Shown here one piece after another: positions 1 through 15,000 of a DNA stretch of 64,000 nucleotides; within the stretch, counting starts at the first letter, position 1; the number at the start of each line of letters is the position of its first letter. The notes under the pieces were generated by a model, which had not been told where the DNA came from, did not search any database, and worked only from the letters and a program-made list of their open reading frames with translations. The DNA is from Antedon mediterranea (lineage: Eukaryota > Animalia > Echinodermata): NCBI RefSeq assembly GCF_964355755.1, contig NC_092672.1, positions 22,085,237-22,149,236 on the forward strand, given 5' to 3'. Both the position numbers and the translations under genes were made by a program.

Positions 1-87
1 GATGTTAGTATGGTGTTATTACAGTGTTAGTTTGATGTTAGTATGGTGTTACTACGATGTTTAAAAACTAATGACAAGATCAATCAC

Positions 88-3000
88 CTGTAAACTGGTA
101 ACATCAGCATCAACTAGTTGTTGCACAAACTTCTTGCTGCTCATTCTAAGCAAATGTACAAGTTCTGCTGGAATACCATCCTAAAAACATCAAATGATAC
201 ACAATAGATCACCTTTTGAACTGCGATAACATTGTAGTTTGACACCGAGCCTTCAGCTATATAATAATATTGTATAAAACAACTATAAACTATTTGACTG
301 CTGACCATTGTTTTTATTATTAATGACAGGCTAACCTTTAATTTGTTCCTACTAAATGGCACGCTCGCTTCGCTCGCGTACCATCTAGGTCGTGCCCACA
401 GATGGTTCTCGAATACACAGTATTTCCAGCGAGAAAAAAATGGAGATTTCAAATGTACGTACCGCAGGACTATAATACATTGTCGTTTACAGAAACGAAT
501 AAATATACACAATGATTTATGTAGTCAACCAAAATTAGCACCCTGTGAATTACTTCCGAGAGAGAAACAAATTTTTTTATTCGGACTCATTTAAACAAAC
601 CCAATTTGTGTTTTGTATGTAACATTAAGGGTTGAGGGATGGGGAAAGAAGATAGGTACAAAGAGGAAACATTTTAAAATATATTCTTATCCACTCAGTA
701 ACGAAATATTGTTTTTAATGTTTTATAGGCCTATAAATAATATACCACTAAATACAGTAAAACATTTACGATTTAATACGGTACTTTGTTAAAACTCTCA
801 CTGTCATAGTCGATTGAAATAGTAAAGTACATGTAACGATACACCACTACGACGTTTATATATTTTTAAATTATTAATTAATACAAACGTTGAGAAGCAA
901 CTGTCAGTAATAACGTTTATTTATTTGTATATTATATGTTTATAATCTAACAGTAGGGCCTACCCACACTCACATTAATAAAGTTTATTTGTATATATTT
1001 TATATTACATCTAACAGTACCAACACTCACAGTAAGAAATTTGCGATTCAAATTGCGATCAAAAGTGGTTAATACCTTAACAGTATTGTACAGCATTGCA
1101 GTACTATTTATGTTTATTCTCCAAGGGGGCCCATAAATCTAAATCTATACCTCTATGGTTAAACCAAATAATTTGGAATGTTTATTTGTATATTATATGT
1201 TTATAATCTAACAGTAGGGCCTACCCACACTCACAGTAATAAAGTTTATTTGTATATATTTTTATATTACATCTAACAGTACCAACACTCACAGTAAGAC
1301 ATTTGCGATTCAAATTGCGATCAAAAGTGGTTAATACCTTAACAGTATTGTACAGCATTGCAATACTATTTATGTTTATTCTCCAAGGAGGCCCATAAAT
1401 CTAAATCTATACCTGTATGGTTAAACCAAATAATTTGGAATGTTCCATTCATCACAAATCAATACATTTGTAAAAACGTATATTAAATGTATCAAAATAG
1501 TATTTTTTAAAGAAAATCGGCCTGTCTTCAACATTATGATGCTGTACTCGAACTGTTCAACCGGTTTTCAGCTATTAAAAACAATTATCGTAGGAGGAGA
1601 TAGAAAAATGCGAAGCCTCCTCGCATTTTTGTGGCGGGTATTTTTCAAGATGGACATCCATTAGACAGTGTATACCACGATCGGAAAACACCCCTATTTG
1701 GGGCAAATCTTTGAACCTAAATTCGTTTTAATCGTCAATAACTAATTATCTAACTTAATTTAATTAGTAAACAGGGTTACATCAGGCGGTTAAAATCAGT
1801 ACCGAAAGTACGAACCAACTTTACATACCATCGAGTAAAAATTCTAAAAGTAAGGCGCGATTAACCGAATTTTGCCCTTACGTAAATTTATATATAGATA
1901 CACTATGTTGTATTCTAAAGTTGATAGTTAAATTGTCTAGTCCTTCCTCCTTGATCTCACTACAATTGTTTTGAATAAATGAGCTAAAATAGTTTAGCAA
2001 AAGCAAAAGCTTTTCCCACTTAGGTCGTGTATCCTCTTCTTACACAACAAAAGGTGCTAGAGCATTCCCTATAGCTACAAACAGCCATTGATACATTTTC
2101 CTGTGGCTTTTATTTTCAGTTATAAGATTATGAGAAATGAGTTTAAACGAAGCAGATGCAGTATCCAATAATTGTAATGCTTTGAGAAACTATTTATGAC
2201 CTTCTATCCCCTTTTTTTGTGAATATACTGTAAAACTGGCTTTCAGTTTTAAGTAGATTACCTTATTCTTTTCAATTAGACCATCCACTTGGTACGTAAC
2301 TTTCTCTGCATAATGATGCACAACAAAAGCTGGTGATGTCACTGACATGTGTGCACGAGATAAGTTTGCACTGCTGATAGTGTCATGAAGAAACTCACCA
2401 AATGAACTTGGATCTGAATGTCTGTTTAACTTGCATTGCTATAAACAAGATAAACTTGCAATTAGTTCATAGAAAGTAAATGACATAATAACATGATTGT
2501 GATCTTAGATGGACAGTCTCCACTAAGCACAACAACTTGTAGTTTGCAACTGGTTGTGGTGCTACTGTACTTTTGCACCTAACTTGAAATCACTGGGCAT
2601 AGGTCACTCACCATCACTGATGTGCAGCAGGTGAATATTTTTAAATTGGGGTTAAGCTTGAGGTGCAAAAGTACATCACCAGGTTTTCTAGTGTAAACTA
2701 GGCTCAAAAGTTCATTGTTTATCTTCTTACAAACAACAGTTTATTTTTATGGAAAGACAAACTATGGTTTGTAAGACAAACTATGGTTTGTAAGACAAAC
2801 TATGCCTGTATGGTAAAAACCACTGTTTCTCAAAATGTCAAATTCAAAATACGAAGGAGTTATTATTTTACGACTCACTGTACTACGATTGAGAAAGGCA
2901 AATTCTCAATACATCTTTTTTTACAGCAGTTTATCTTTCAATAAAAAGACAAACTACAGAATACAGGTCTTTTCCAACCATAATTGCCGAAAAACTATGA

Positions 3001-6000
3001 CAAATTATTTGTTGTATTTTGCTGTAGAATAGCAACACTTACTTGATTCATAAGTGCAAATATACTGATGTTGCCTTCAATAACATCAAGACATGTTTTA
3101 TTGTCAGTAAAGTCTTCAAATTTCCATGGAATTCCCTCAGATTGACAGTCATCCTAAAATAATATAAACATGGCTGTTTAATCAGCAGTATAATTATGTT
3201 TATAAAGGTTCATCATTATCACTGTTAGAGAAAAAAAGTGAATGATAATTCTCATAAACTTTAATTATTGTTGTTATCTTAATTATTTTATATTATATTA
3301 TAATTATACTAGTATTTTGATATTTTTTTTACAAGATTCATTTGATATAAACTAAAAGAAGTGCCATATTATTTTTCTTCATTTTTTTTTTAAATAAAAG
3401 AACTGTTGTTATTATCACTCTTATATGGTGCTAATAAAACACTGTTGCACCAACTGTATATTAGCATACTCTATATATAGAAAATAAGTGTGTTGGAATA
3501 CCTGTTCTGCTTTGAGGAAGTTGTTCACAAAATGTTGCTGAAGCTTCTCATTTGCATAATTTATGCATAATTGCTCCAAACTGTTAAATGAAAAACTTTC
3601 AAATCCGTAGACATCCAGTAGACCAATGTAAGACTGCCAACTCCTGGCCATGGTACAGCCATTGATGAATCCAACGAGCCAATCAAAAACTCTGAAACGT
3701 TAAACAATAATTTAGTCACAGTCTTCAAAGCTAGTTTTTTTTTGGTAAAACCAAAGTGGGGTTGAAAAAGTTTGCATGTAAACATTTTCTCCTGTTACAT
3801 ACTAACTACATGACAAAGAAAGAAATTAGGCAGAAAGAAGTCAGGCCATGACAGCAAGAGAGATTAGGCAGAAAGAAAGAAGTCAGGCCATGACAGAAAG
3901 AGAGATTAGGCAGAAAGAAGTCAGGCCATGACATAAAGAGAGATTAGGCAGAAAGAAAGAAGTCAGGCCATGACAGAAAGAGAGATTAGGCAGAAAGAAA
4001 GAAGTCAGGCCATGACAGAAAGAGAGATTAGGCTGAAAGAAGGAAGTCAGGCCATGACAGAAAGAGAGATTAGGCAGAAAGAAAGAAGTCAGGTCATGAC
4101 AGAAAGAGAGATTAGACAGAAAGAAAGAAGTCAGGCCATGACAGAAAGAGAGATTAGGCAGAAAGAAGGAAGTCAGGCCATGACAGACAGAGAGATTAGG
4201 CAGAAAGAAAGAAGTCAGGCCATGACAGCAAGAGAGATTAGGCAGAAGGAAAGAAGTCAGGCCATGACAGAAAGAGAGATTAGGCAGAGAGAAGGAAGTC
4301 AGGCCATGACAGCAAGAGAGATTAGGCAGAAAGAAAGAAGTCAGGCCATGACAGCAAGAGAGATTAGGCAGAAAGAAGTCAGGCCATGACAGCAAGAGAG
4401 ATTAGGCAGAAAGAAGTCAGGCCATGACAGCAAGAGAGATTAGGCAGAAAGAAGTCAGGCCATGACAGCAAGAGAGATTAGGCAGAAAGAAGTCAGGCCA
4501 TGACAGCAAGAGAGGTTAGGCAGAATAAAAATTAAATTAAATTGACTAAGTATTAGAGTTTGCATGTATGTATGTTTATTTTATTTTTGTGAATGTTTAA
4601 AGGTGTATGTACGATTTGCTGTGGGCAATCCGCCTCAGTGCAGCCCAGCATGCATGGGGAAGCAAATAAAAGTTATTGGATATGTACAACATCTTCTGTG
4701 GGTTTGTTTTGAATGTATAACAGGTCAGTAAATAGGCAAATACTGCACAACAAGAATCATTTTCAAAAGAGTAAATAGGTTTCTTTCATTACAAACAAAT
4801 ATAGCTTTAATGTTTGTAAAATACCTGGCATAGAGTAACTTTGCAAGACAATCTCTCCTTGTATGACATTCATCTTTTAAGCAAGGTTTCATAAAGACAC
4901 TCTTTCTACGCTTGTGAGATGCAGTGATTTGTCGGAATGCAAGACATCTAGTTAAGGCATCAACATCAAGACCAAGTAACTGTGCAGCAGCATTAACATA
5001 TGTGGTGTCAACTCCTGATGAAGCAACACCAATAGTACAACAATATGATATATTGAATAATTAGTAAATTAGAAAATCTCTCTTTGGCTGAAATATTTTA
5101 TCAACATTTTTTGAAGATGGAGAAGAATATTAATAAGATTATTTAAGATTTTAAAATGACATAATTATTAACGATATTTTTTGTATATATTTTTTGGGCA
5201 ACCTATCGTAATATTAAGCTATTCCTTAGGTCTGTTTTTAGTTATTTTTCATATATTATATTATGGTAGAAATAAAAACAAATTAAAAAATACTAAAACG
5301 ATATATAAACTGTTGATAGAATATTTTGAATTATAAAAAAATGCCAATTTACTTTAGATTTAAAATTCTAATAAAATTTAAAAAAACAGTATTATAAATA
5401 TAAGCTATTAAAACTTTAAGGTCGGAACTACTTTAAGCTGAACTATAAATACTGTATGCAATCTTAAAGGTTGCAACTACTTTAAGCTGAACTATAAATA
5501 CTGTATGCAATCTTAAAGGTTGCAACTACTTTAAGGTAAACTATAAATACTGTATGCAATCTTAAAGGTCGCAACTACTTTAAGCTAAACTATAAATACT
5601 GTATGCAATCTTAAAGGTCGCAACTACTTTAAGCTAAACTATAAATACTGTATGCAATCTTTTTATTGGTATAATACAGAAAATAATTAAACAGCATAAC
5701 CTTTATATCATTTACCTTGTTTTTCAGAATCAATTTCACATGGTCCAGTGACATCATCATCACTAATAAACTCTACATTTCCAAGATGAAGTATACCACT
5801 TAGAACCTACAAATAAACACATTTCAAATACAATTCAATAATTCAAAAATAGAATTATAACATTACTATTAGATTTATGTATAAAAAACACCACAGTCTA
5901 TTAAAACACATATTTATATACTGTACTACTAGGTAAAAGTTCACTGATGTTTACTGTCCACATGTGCTGGATTAGTTAAACCAAGGCATCTAAACACATT

Positions 6001-9000
6001 GCTTTGGTTCAGTTAGTTCACTGATGTTTACTGTCCACATGTGCTGGATTAGTTCAACCAAGGCATCTAAACACATTGCTTTGGTTCAGTTTAGTTCACT
6101 GATGTTTACTGTCCACATGTGCTGGATTAGTTCAACCAAGGCATCTAAACACATTGCTTTGGTTCAGTTAGTTCACTGATGTTTACTGTCCACATGTGCT
6201 GGATTAGTTGAACCAAGGCATCTAAACACATTGCTTTGGTTCAGTTAGTTCACTGATGTTTACTGTCCACATGTGCTGGATTAGTTCAACCAAGGCATCT
6301 AAACACATTGCTTTCGTTCAGTTAGTTCACTGATGTTTACTGTCCACATGTGCTGGATTAGTTCAACCAAGGCATCTAAACACATTGCTTTGGTTCAGTT
6401 AGTTCACTGATGTTTACTGTCCACATGTGCTGGATTAGTTCAACCAAGGCATCTAAACACATTGCTTTGGTTCAGTTAGTTCACTGATGTTTACTGTCCA
6501 CATGTGCTGGATTAGTTCAACCAAGGCATCTAAACACATTGCTTTCGTTCAGTTAGTTCACTGATGTTTACTGTCCACATGTGCTGGATTAGTTCAACCA
6601 AGGCATCTAAACACATTGCTTTGGTTCAGTTAGTTCACTGATGTTTACTGTCCACATGTGCTGGATTAGTTCAACCAAGGCATCTAAACACATTGCTTTG
6701 GTTCAGTTAGTTCACTGATGTTTACTGTCCACATGTGCTGGATTAGTTCAACCAAGGCATCTAAACACATTGCTTTGGTTCAGTTAGTTCACTGATGTTT
6801 ACTGTCCACATGTGCTGGATTAGTTCAACCAAGGCATCTAAACACATTGCTTTTGTTCAGTTACTAAGTTTAACCATGTTTTACCAGTGAATTCACTCTT
6901 TCCTGGTAAAACAATGTTTGTTAAGTAACCAGTTCTAATTAAGTAAAAGTTTCTTACTTTAAATAATTCTTGTTGCTGTGACCTGCTAAAGTCCAACATT
7001 AGCCATCGCTTACTAACTAATTAAGTAAAAGTTTCTTACTTTAAATAATTCTTGTTGCTGTGACCTGCTAAGTCCAACATTACACATTGCTTGCTTTGTA
7101 ATTATAAAATCTTGTTTATCCTTTTGATTACATGCATCTTCTGAACGGTTTAGTTTCACATAGTTTAAGTTGTCTGAACTCAATACATTTGGTAGTAACC
7201 AGTTCCTCATTTCCCTTTCATTTCCGCCAAACAGCATCTATGATAATTTGAAAGAAGAAATGTTAATGATATTATTAAAAAGACTAATAATGAGAATATA
7301 AACTAATAATATATTTCATGCTTTGATAACATTAGTAGAGTGAGTGCTTTCTTGCCCTATATTACAAAATATTACAAAGTGACAATTTTGTTTCAAGATG
7401 TTTAATATCAGTACCAGAAAGATCCTTTTCACATCTGCCTACATTGATCTCCAGACTTATTACATGTTTTCATATTTACTCACGAACCTTGTGAAATCAC
7501 GGGAGAAGTATTGTCATTGTACAGTTGGGGGTGCTATCATTAGCGCAACCTCAAGTTTGTGAAAAAAAAACGTCACGCTCCGATACTTTCAAACAGGTGT
7601 GCGGTCAGTTAAATACCAGGACAAAGCACAAATGCGCAGAACAAACAAAAAAACAAGCCCCTGTGAATATCAGTAGAATTTTAACAACCTGATTACAACC
7701 AAAGGGTATATGTTTGCTATTAGCCTACTCACTTTAGAAACATGGCAACAGAAATAAATTGCAGGGTTTTCTCTAACCTGCAGAAAATATGCAAATGTAT
7801 CACAGTTCCAACAGTTAAGTTAAACAGTTGGTTATCCGGTTTAAAGGTACACAAAAATGAAACATAACTAATACTAACTTGGTAAAAGATGTGAAAATTC
7901 CTGGCACCATCACATTGATAAACAACTCTAGTTTTCTCAAGAAGATATGTCTGAATAGAAGCACCAACAACATGATTTCCACTGAAAACAAAATTGGAAA
8001 GTTAAAATAAGAATTCCTCTTGTGTGTAATTTCATTCTTCCCTGCTATGACACACAAAATGGCATATGTAGAAACACTTGAACATTGACAAATAAACATA
8101 ATGTATGAAACTTACTGACTGAATTGTAGCTGAATGTACTTTCCAAAGCGGCTACTATTGTGATTCCTGGTTGTGCTAGCATTGCCTAAAAAAATGAAAT
8201 AATAGTTGTCTAACAGAGATGGAGTTGTAGGGAGGTGTAGGGTACTGGGTGGCAAAAGATTAATATTACTGTATATATATATATACTGGTACAGGCCATC
8301 AAATATTGCCATCAATTGCAATTAATTCTACTAGTCTTAATGATACCAAATCTGCCAAAAATTAAATTTGAGCATAAAATCTCACGAAATTCATATTTAG
8401 AACATACTGTAAGTTGGCCACTGCTGATCAACAGTTTTAGCCTATATATTATATTAGGAGTTTAAAGGATTTTGGCACCATGACTGAAGGTTAAAGATTA
8501 TGCTAGAATTACAAAATGTAAAATCAGTACACAAACTGCTTTAAATTAGCATTTTAAATTTCATTTTACATAAAGCGTTAATCAATTTTAGGTTAGGTGT
8601 AGCTTTATTTATTTATTTTTAAATCAGTATGATACTTATTGACTTTTATATTTCAGTTTTCTCAGGGAAGAGTTAAATTACAATTTAATTTAACTCTTCC
8701 CTGGTTTTCTTGTAATTGTAATGGTACACTATCATTATGCTCATTTTTATTTGGTTCTCATCTCTTTATCGACTGTTCTTATTCTATTTTTTTCTTTATC
8801 TGTTGATGATAATGATGATGAATATAGAAAATTTGATATATTGATATGATTTAAAAATGCTGATTTTGTATATTTAACAAAAATAAAGGTGCTTCTTCTA
8901 GCGATGTTTCTTAGGACCATAACAGTACATAGATGTTTTTACATTTGAGAATGACATGTGTATCTTACTGTACTTTATTAAAGATAAACATAATAATTAC

Positions 9001-12000
9001 CAAATGCTTCAAGAATAGGATTTGAGTCTAATATTCTACGTTCAATGCAATCTGCTGGTGATGGTGTAAAACCACTATGAACAAAAAGACAACAAGTTAT
9101 CACAAATAAGTAACAAAACAGAGACAAATCTATAATTATGATGAAATAAAAACTGTAATTTTACATACATGAGAGTGTTTAATGATATTAAATTAAATGT
9201 GTTTATTTTTATTACCCAGGGTTACATACTGCCACCATTGTCAGATATTTTAGTAAACATCTTGCATTCCATGTCTGTAATAAAACAATAATAAATAACA
9301 GAGAATAACAAACGTTTTTGTATTTTCACAAAAAATATTGACAAACTGCCTTTGTGAAAATGGGTTGCCAACATTCCCTCTTTGCACGTCTGGCAAGCAT
9401 TTATGTGACATTCAATAAATGCTGATTTTGTAACAGTGTCCTTTGAAACAGTAAAAACAAATTATAGCACTCTCTATTACTTGTCCATGCTTTTAGCCTC
9501 TCTATTTTTATTCAAGTTTGGGCCTCTCTATTATTTTAAAATAAACAAGAAATGGTTTTAAAGGTAAAAAATTGACTCTGATTACATTGGTGAAAACAAA
9601 CGTAAAACAGAAATTGTTGAATTACCTTTCCAGAACCACTTTCACCGCTGACAATTATTGACTGATTAATCTTGTCTAGTCTTCTAGTAAGATTACACAA
9701 AGCTGTTTCTGCAATTCCAAATACATGTGGTGGGTGTGCCTGAAAAAAAAAAAATAAAGATGTATATTCCCCAAAAAACATGAAAATGAGGATTAATAAA
9801 ATCAAGCCATTTTGCTGTTTTAAAAAAGTTATTCATTTTAAAGAAATAAAAACAAACAAATATAGTGTTTTTACTTTAAAAAAAGACAAAATTAATGGTT
9901 AAACTTAACCAAATGTTAAAAAATTACAGTTTTTCAGGTAAATAATGTTTTTTTTTCCAATTTTTGGTCAAAGTGAATAACTACAGTATTATGTGACATA
10001 AAATAGCATATTCAGCAAAACAATTATCTTTTCAGAGGAGCTCTGCATATATCTCTAAGTTCTCACTTCTAAGTGCAACTGAGGACATATTAATATTTTT
10101 GCCCAATATTGAAGATAAAGTGAAGTCAAGATTTTAATAGTGATGTCACCAACATATCAATTTTCCTAAAAATCAATAGTATACTAGCAAATTATTGTTT
10201 ACCTTTTGATCACTATGGTAACGATGAATCATATGAACATCAAAATGTCCAGTTTCTTTGAAAGGATTTAAAGTAACAAGGGTGTTGCCAGTCTGAGTGT
10301 GGTATCTACCAGCTAAGTAGCGCTCACGTAAACAGTTCAGCACTATGAACAGAAAACATTAGAAGTAACAAGTGTGTTGCCAGTCTGAGTGTGGTATCTA
10401 CCAGCTAAGTACCGCTCATGTAAACAGTTCAGCACTATGAACAGAAAACATTTTGTTAAGTAACAAGTGTGTTGCCAGTCTGAGTGTGGTATCTACCAGC
10501 TAAGTACCGCTCATGTAAACAGTTCAGCACTATGAACAGAAAACATTTTGTTAAGTAACAAGTGTGTTGCCAGTCTAAGTGTGGTATCTACCAGCTAAGT
10601 ACCGCTCATGTAAACAGTTCAGCACTATGAACAGAAAACATTTTGTTAAGTAACAAGTGTGTTGCCAGTCTGAGTGTGGTATCTACCAGCTAAGTACCGC
10701 TCACATAAACAGTTCAGCACTATGAACAGAAAACATTAGAAGTAACAAGTGTGTTGCCAGTCTAAGTGTGGTATCTACCAGCTAAGTACTGCTCAAGTGT
10801 GTTGCCCATATTTTGTCAAATTTTCTTCAAATTATTTGCTGTTCTACTCTAAAAATGTATTACTGAACTATAAATTTTATTTTAAAGTGAGTATTTAATT
10901 TGGAAAAATTTGAAGGAAAATGTTGGATTCATCCAAATTGTGGTCTTTGATCTCTAATTAGTTAGAGGGAGGCAACAGCTAATGGTAAAAAATAGGTGAT
11001 CATCTGGCTTTAAATTAGATTGAGCTTTTAATTAAAGGGGTCTTTAATAGAAGGAAGACCTGTATAGTAGTAACAACCATTGAAACATGTGTCTACTATT
11101 AATTCGCTTACCAGCAGGTTCTGAGAGAGGATTAATCAAGACAAGATCATCTGTATTGATCCAATCTGTTTGAGTACACAGCACTGGATAGCCAGCATGA
11201 CCACGTATCACAACCTCCTAGACAATGAAGTTACAAGCAATATTTAAAATACATTATATAGAATACTTAGTAGCAAGGTTGGGTTGTTGACATAGATGGT
11301 ATGCTTCCCTCCCCTCCTTACCTCACAATTATATTTTGTGTCTATAATCTTGCCATCACTAAAACATGAATCAACACACGCTGGAACCCAAACCTCTTAC
11401 CTGGCCATTAGATTTAGTGACTATAATCTTGCCATCACTAAAACATGAATCAACACATGCTGGAACCCAAAACTCTTACCTGGCCATTAGATTTAGTGAC
11501 TATAATCTTGCCATCACTAAAACATGAATTGACAAATGCTGGAACCCAAACCTCTTACCTGGCCATTCGATTTAGTGACTATAATTTTGCCATCACTAAA
11601 ACATGAATTAACACACGCTGGAACCCAAACCTCTTACCTGGCCATTAGATTTAGTGACTATAATCTTGCCATCACTAAACATGAATTAACACACGCTGGA
11701 ACCCAAACCTCTTACCTGGCCATTAGATTTAGTCACTATAATCTTTCCATCACTAAAACATGAATCAACACATGCTGGAACCCAAACCTCTTACCTGGCC
11801 ATTAGATTTAGTGACTATAATCTTGCCATCACTAAAACATGAATTAACACATGCTGGAACCCAAACCTCTTACCTGGCCATTCGATTTAGTGACTATAAT
11901 CTTGCCATCACTAAAACATGAATTAACACACGCTGGAACCCAAACCTCTTACCTGGCCATTAGATTTAGTGACTATAATCTTGCCATCACTAAACATGAA

Positions 12001-15000
12001 TTAACACACGCTGGAACCCAAACCTCTTACCTGGCCATTAGATTTAGTCACTATAATCTTGCCATCACTAAAACATGAATCAACACACACTGGAACCCAA
12101 ACCTCTTACCTGGCCATTAGATTTAGTGACTGTAATCTTGCCATCACTAAAACATGAATTAACACATGCTGGAACCCAAACCTCTTACCTGGTCATTAGA
12201 TTTAGTGATTATAATCTTGCCATCACTAAAACATGAATCAACACACGCTGGAACCCAAACCTCTTACCTGGCCATTAGATTTAGTGACTATAAACTTGCC
12301 ATCACTAAAACATGAATTAACACACGCTGGAACCCAAACCTCTTACCTGGCCATTAGATTTAGTGACTATAATCTTGCCATCACTAAAACATGAACTAAC
12401 AGTTAACACACGCTGGAACCCAAACCTCTTACCTGGCCATTATATTTAGTGACTATAATTAGGTATCCCAATGAAAAAATTCAGATTAATTTTTTTACAT
12501 TTTCTTTCAGTTAACCATAAAGAACTTAATGTAATTAGCATTTTGCGATTTAAATGATTGAAATCCGATTACCCGTTCTAAAGTTATGGTTATTTAAAGT
12601 GGTAAAAAAATATACGATTTTTTGCCTAAAAATGGTGTTTTTTGCAGTTGAAATTGGAAGCATTTTTAAAAGGTTATAACTTTTACAATAATTAGTTAAA
12701 AGTTTTGAATTTTGTTAAACCTATAGATATCACAGAGTTGTACAACTCTATTTTTTTTGGAGCCTCAACGAAACCTATTTTTTAAATTATTGGTCCGCAA
12801 AGTGGTAGGAAAGCATTTAACGCCCATTTTTGCTGGAATTCCCTAAAAAATGAAAAAACTGCTATTTTTCAATGATCTGTAACTTTTGAACTACTGTACT
12901 AATTCATTTAATTTTTTTTGTACTTGTTAGAATGTAGTGTATATTTCATTAATAAATATATTTTAGATGTGTATATGAAAAAAAAAAATTTTTTTAATGG
13001 TGAAATTTAAAATTATAAAAAGAAAAAATGAAAAAGTATGTTAAAAACGGTGTGTACTGTTTCTTTTCTTTTACACTAATTTTCGGTAAGTATAATTATT
13101 AGAATATTTTAATATACTTTATATTTATAATTTCAATCATAAATACTATTATATATAACTTTTGAATACGTAAAACAAGATTTTAGGCCCATATGATTAT
13201 GACACCAAATCTAAGCCGGGCTGCTAAGTAAGATATGCTCTTTTAAGGCAAACGCACAATATGGGTCAAAATAAACTCATTTTATGTTAATTAAAACAAT
13301 TAATTGTTTACCTGAATAGTATATATAACATTATAAAAATTGTTTTCTTTTCGTATTATTACGTTATTAAATTGAAATACGGAGCTAAAGTTTAGGCCAA
13401 GTCACGGCTTACTCGCGATCAGTAGTCGCTCCGTTAAAGTATTTCGGTCGCAGTTAATGACTTTCGGCCGCCGTATACAGAGTCAAATGTAACGTTGGTA
13501 AATTAGCTTAATAAATTTCCTCGGTACATTTTAACCTAACGCATTTGCATTGTATACTTGCATAATAAATCTTCCGCACATTACATCAATTTTAAGTTGT
13601 TAAATTAATGTGTAAAACCAGATATTCTACGACGGAAAAGGACATGTCAATCTCCGACATCGCTGCTGTCACACATCTCGCGTCGAGCCGGTCGAACTCG
13701 AGCGAGGAAAACTAAACAACGTGTTCAAAATATGGAACGTACCATTCGCTGATAGGGTGCATTAATGTATTTAACGGAAAACGCCACAACAAACACGCGC
13801 GTATTTTAGAGTACAATATTTTACTCACTACAATATTCACCGGATTATAATGGTTGGATCTTTAAAATTTTGAACGGGATTTACGCCTCATGCACCATTT
13901 TAAAATGTAGTTCGCTCAATTACCATGCACAATACGTTTGTAAACTATGTTTTATCGATTTCAATGTAGATTTAGCTATAATTTAATACCAAAATCCATA
14001 ATATTTTTCCATAAACGGTGAATCAAAATTGGATTTTTGTCACAAAAATTGACTTTTCGTTACGAAAAACCTATTTATAGAAGACGATTTTCGTATCAAA
14101 TTAAAGCTTATTTAAAGCCTGATAACATACAACAAAAATTAATCCGCTAGCTCCAATGGTAATCGTGCGATCGTGTTTTGAAAACTGATGGGGATTTTCC
14201 GATGAGGTTTTCAACGCGCGGAAATCGGCTCGACGGGATTTTAGAACCGTTTTAAAATCGCATTTTCTCGGCAACTAATTCATTAATTTTAATTATAAAC
14301 ACACTTATACATAGATTAAAACAAGTACTTTCAAACAATATAAATTTTGTAAGTATTAATTAAGACTGAATACGATTTATTTAACATCAAAGTCATACTA
14401 CTTTTTCGAATTTCGTCAATATTTCAAAAGTGATACCCCTCTGTGCGCTTTCATTGGGATACCTACTATAATCTTGCCATCACTAAAACATGAATTAACA
14501 CACGCTGGAACCCAAACCTCTTTTTCCTCATGTATCCACACCATTAACCCCTGAAAGTACAGTAAACAGTTCATTATTCAATTCAATCAACTTTTATTAT
14601 CCACAATCTGATTCTTTTGGTTGTGGCAGACTCACAAATGTAAACAAACATTTAAAACAAACATTTAAAATACACATCTATACAAATTATTGCTAAAGAG
14701 TAATTTTTGTAAAGTCTAACAGCTTTCATAATAAATTATTCATTTGGAGCTTTGAGGACTAAAATATGTATTGAAAAGAGGATGTGTTTCATTTTGAAGG
14801 ATCTAATAGTAATTATTCTGTATATAATTCTTTATGTTAAAACCATTCATGAATACGTACATGTGTGACGTTTCAACTTGTTTTTAACAAGTCAGGCAAT
14901 GACTATTTGTAATTTGTAATAGTCTGTGATTTTCCGAAGTTCTTTGCCTTTTTAGGGGGCGCTAATCTACAACTAGCAAAGCTACAGTACTCCTAGCAAC

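Noticed and set aside
3883-4395. Repetitive 170-aa and 139-aa ORFs (LRR-like or coiled-coil-like)
   Set aside because: Produced by a 42-bp intronic minisatellite; no splice or domain support.
5939-6862. Regular array resembling CRISPR
   Set aside because: Units are contiguous and near-identical with no unique spacers, there are no cas genes, and the context is a eukaryotic intron. The same applies to the other arrays.
11536-12078. Two near-identical 75-aa plus-strand ORFs
   Set aside because: Antisense translations of the 79-bp exon-derived array.
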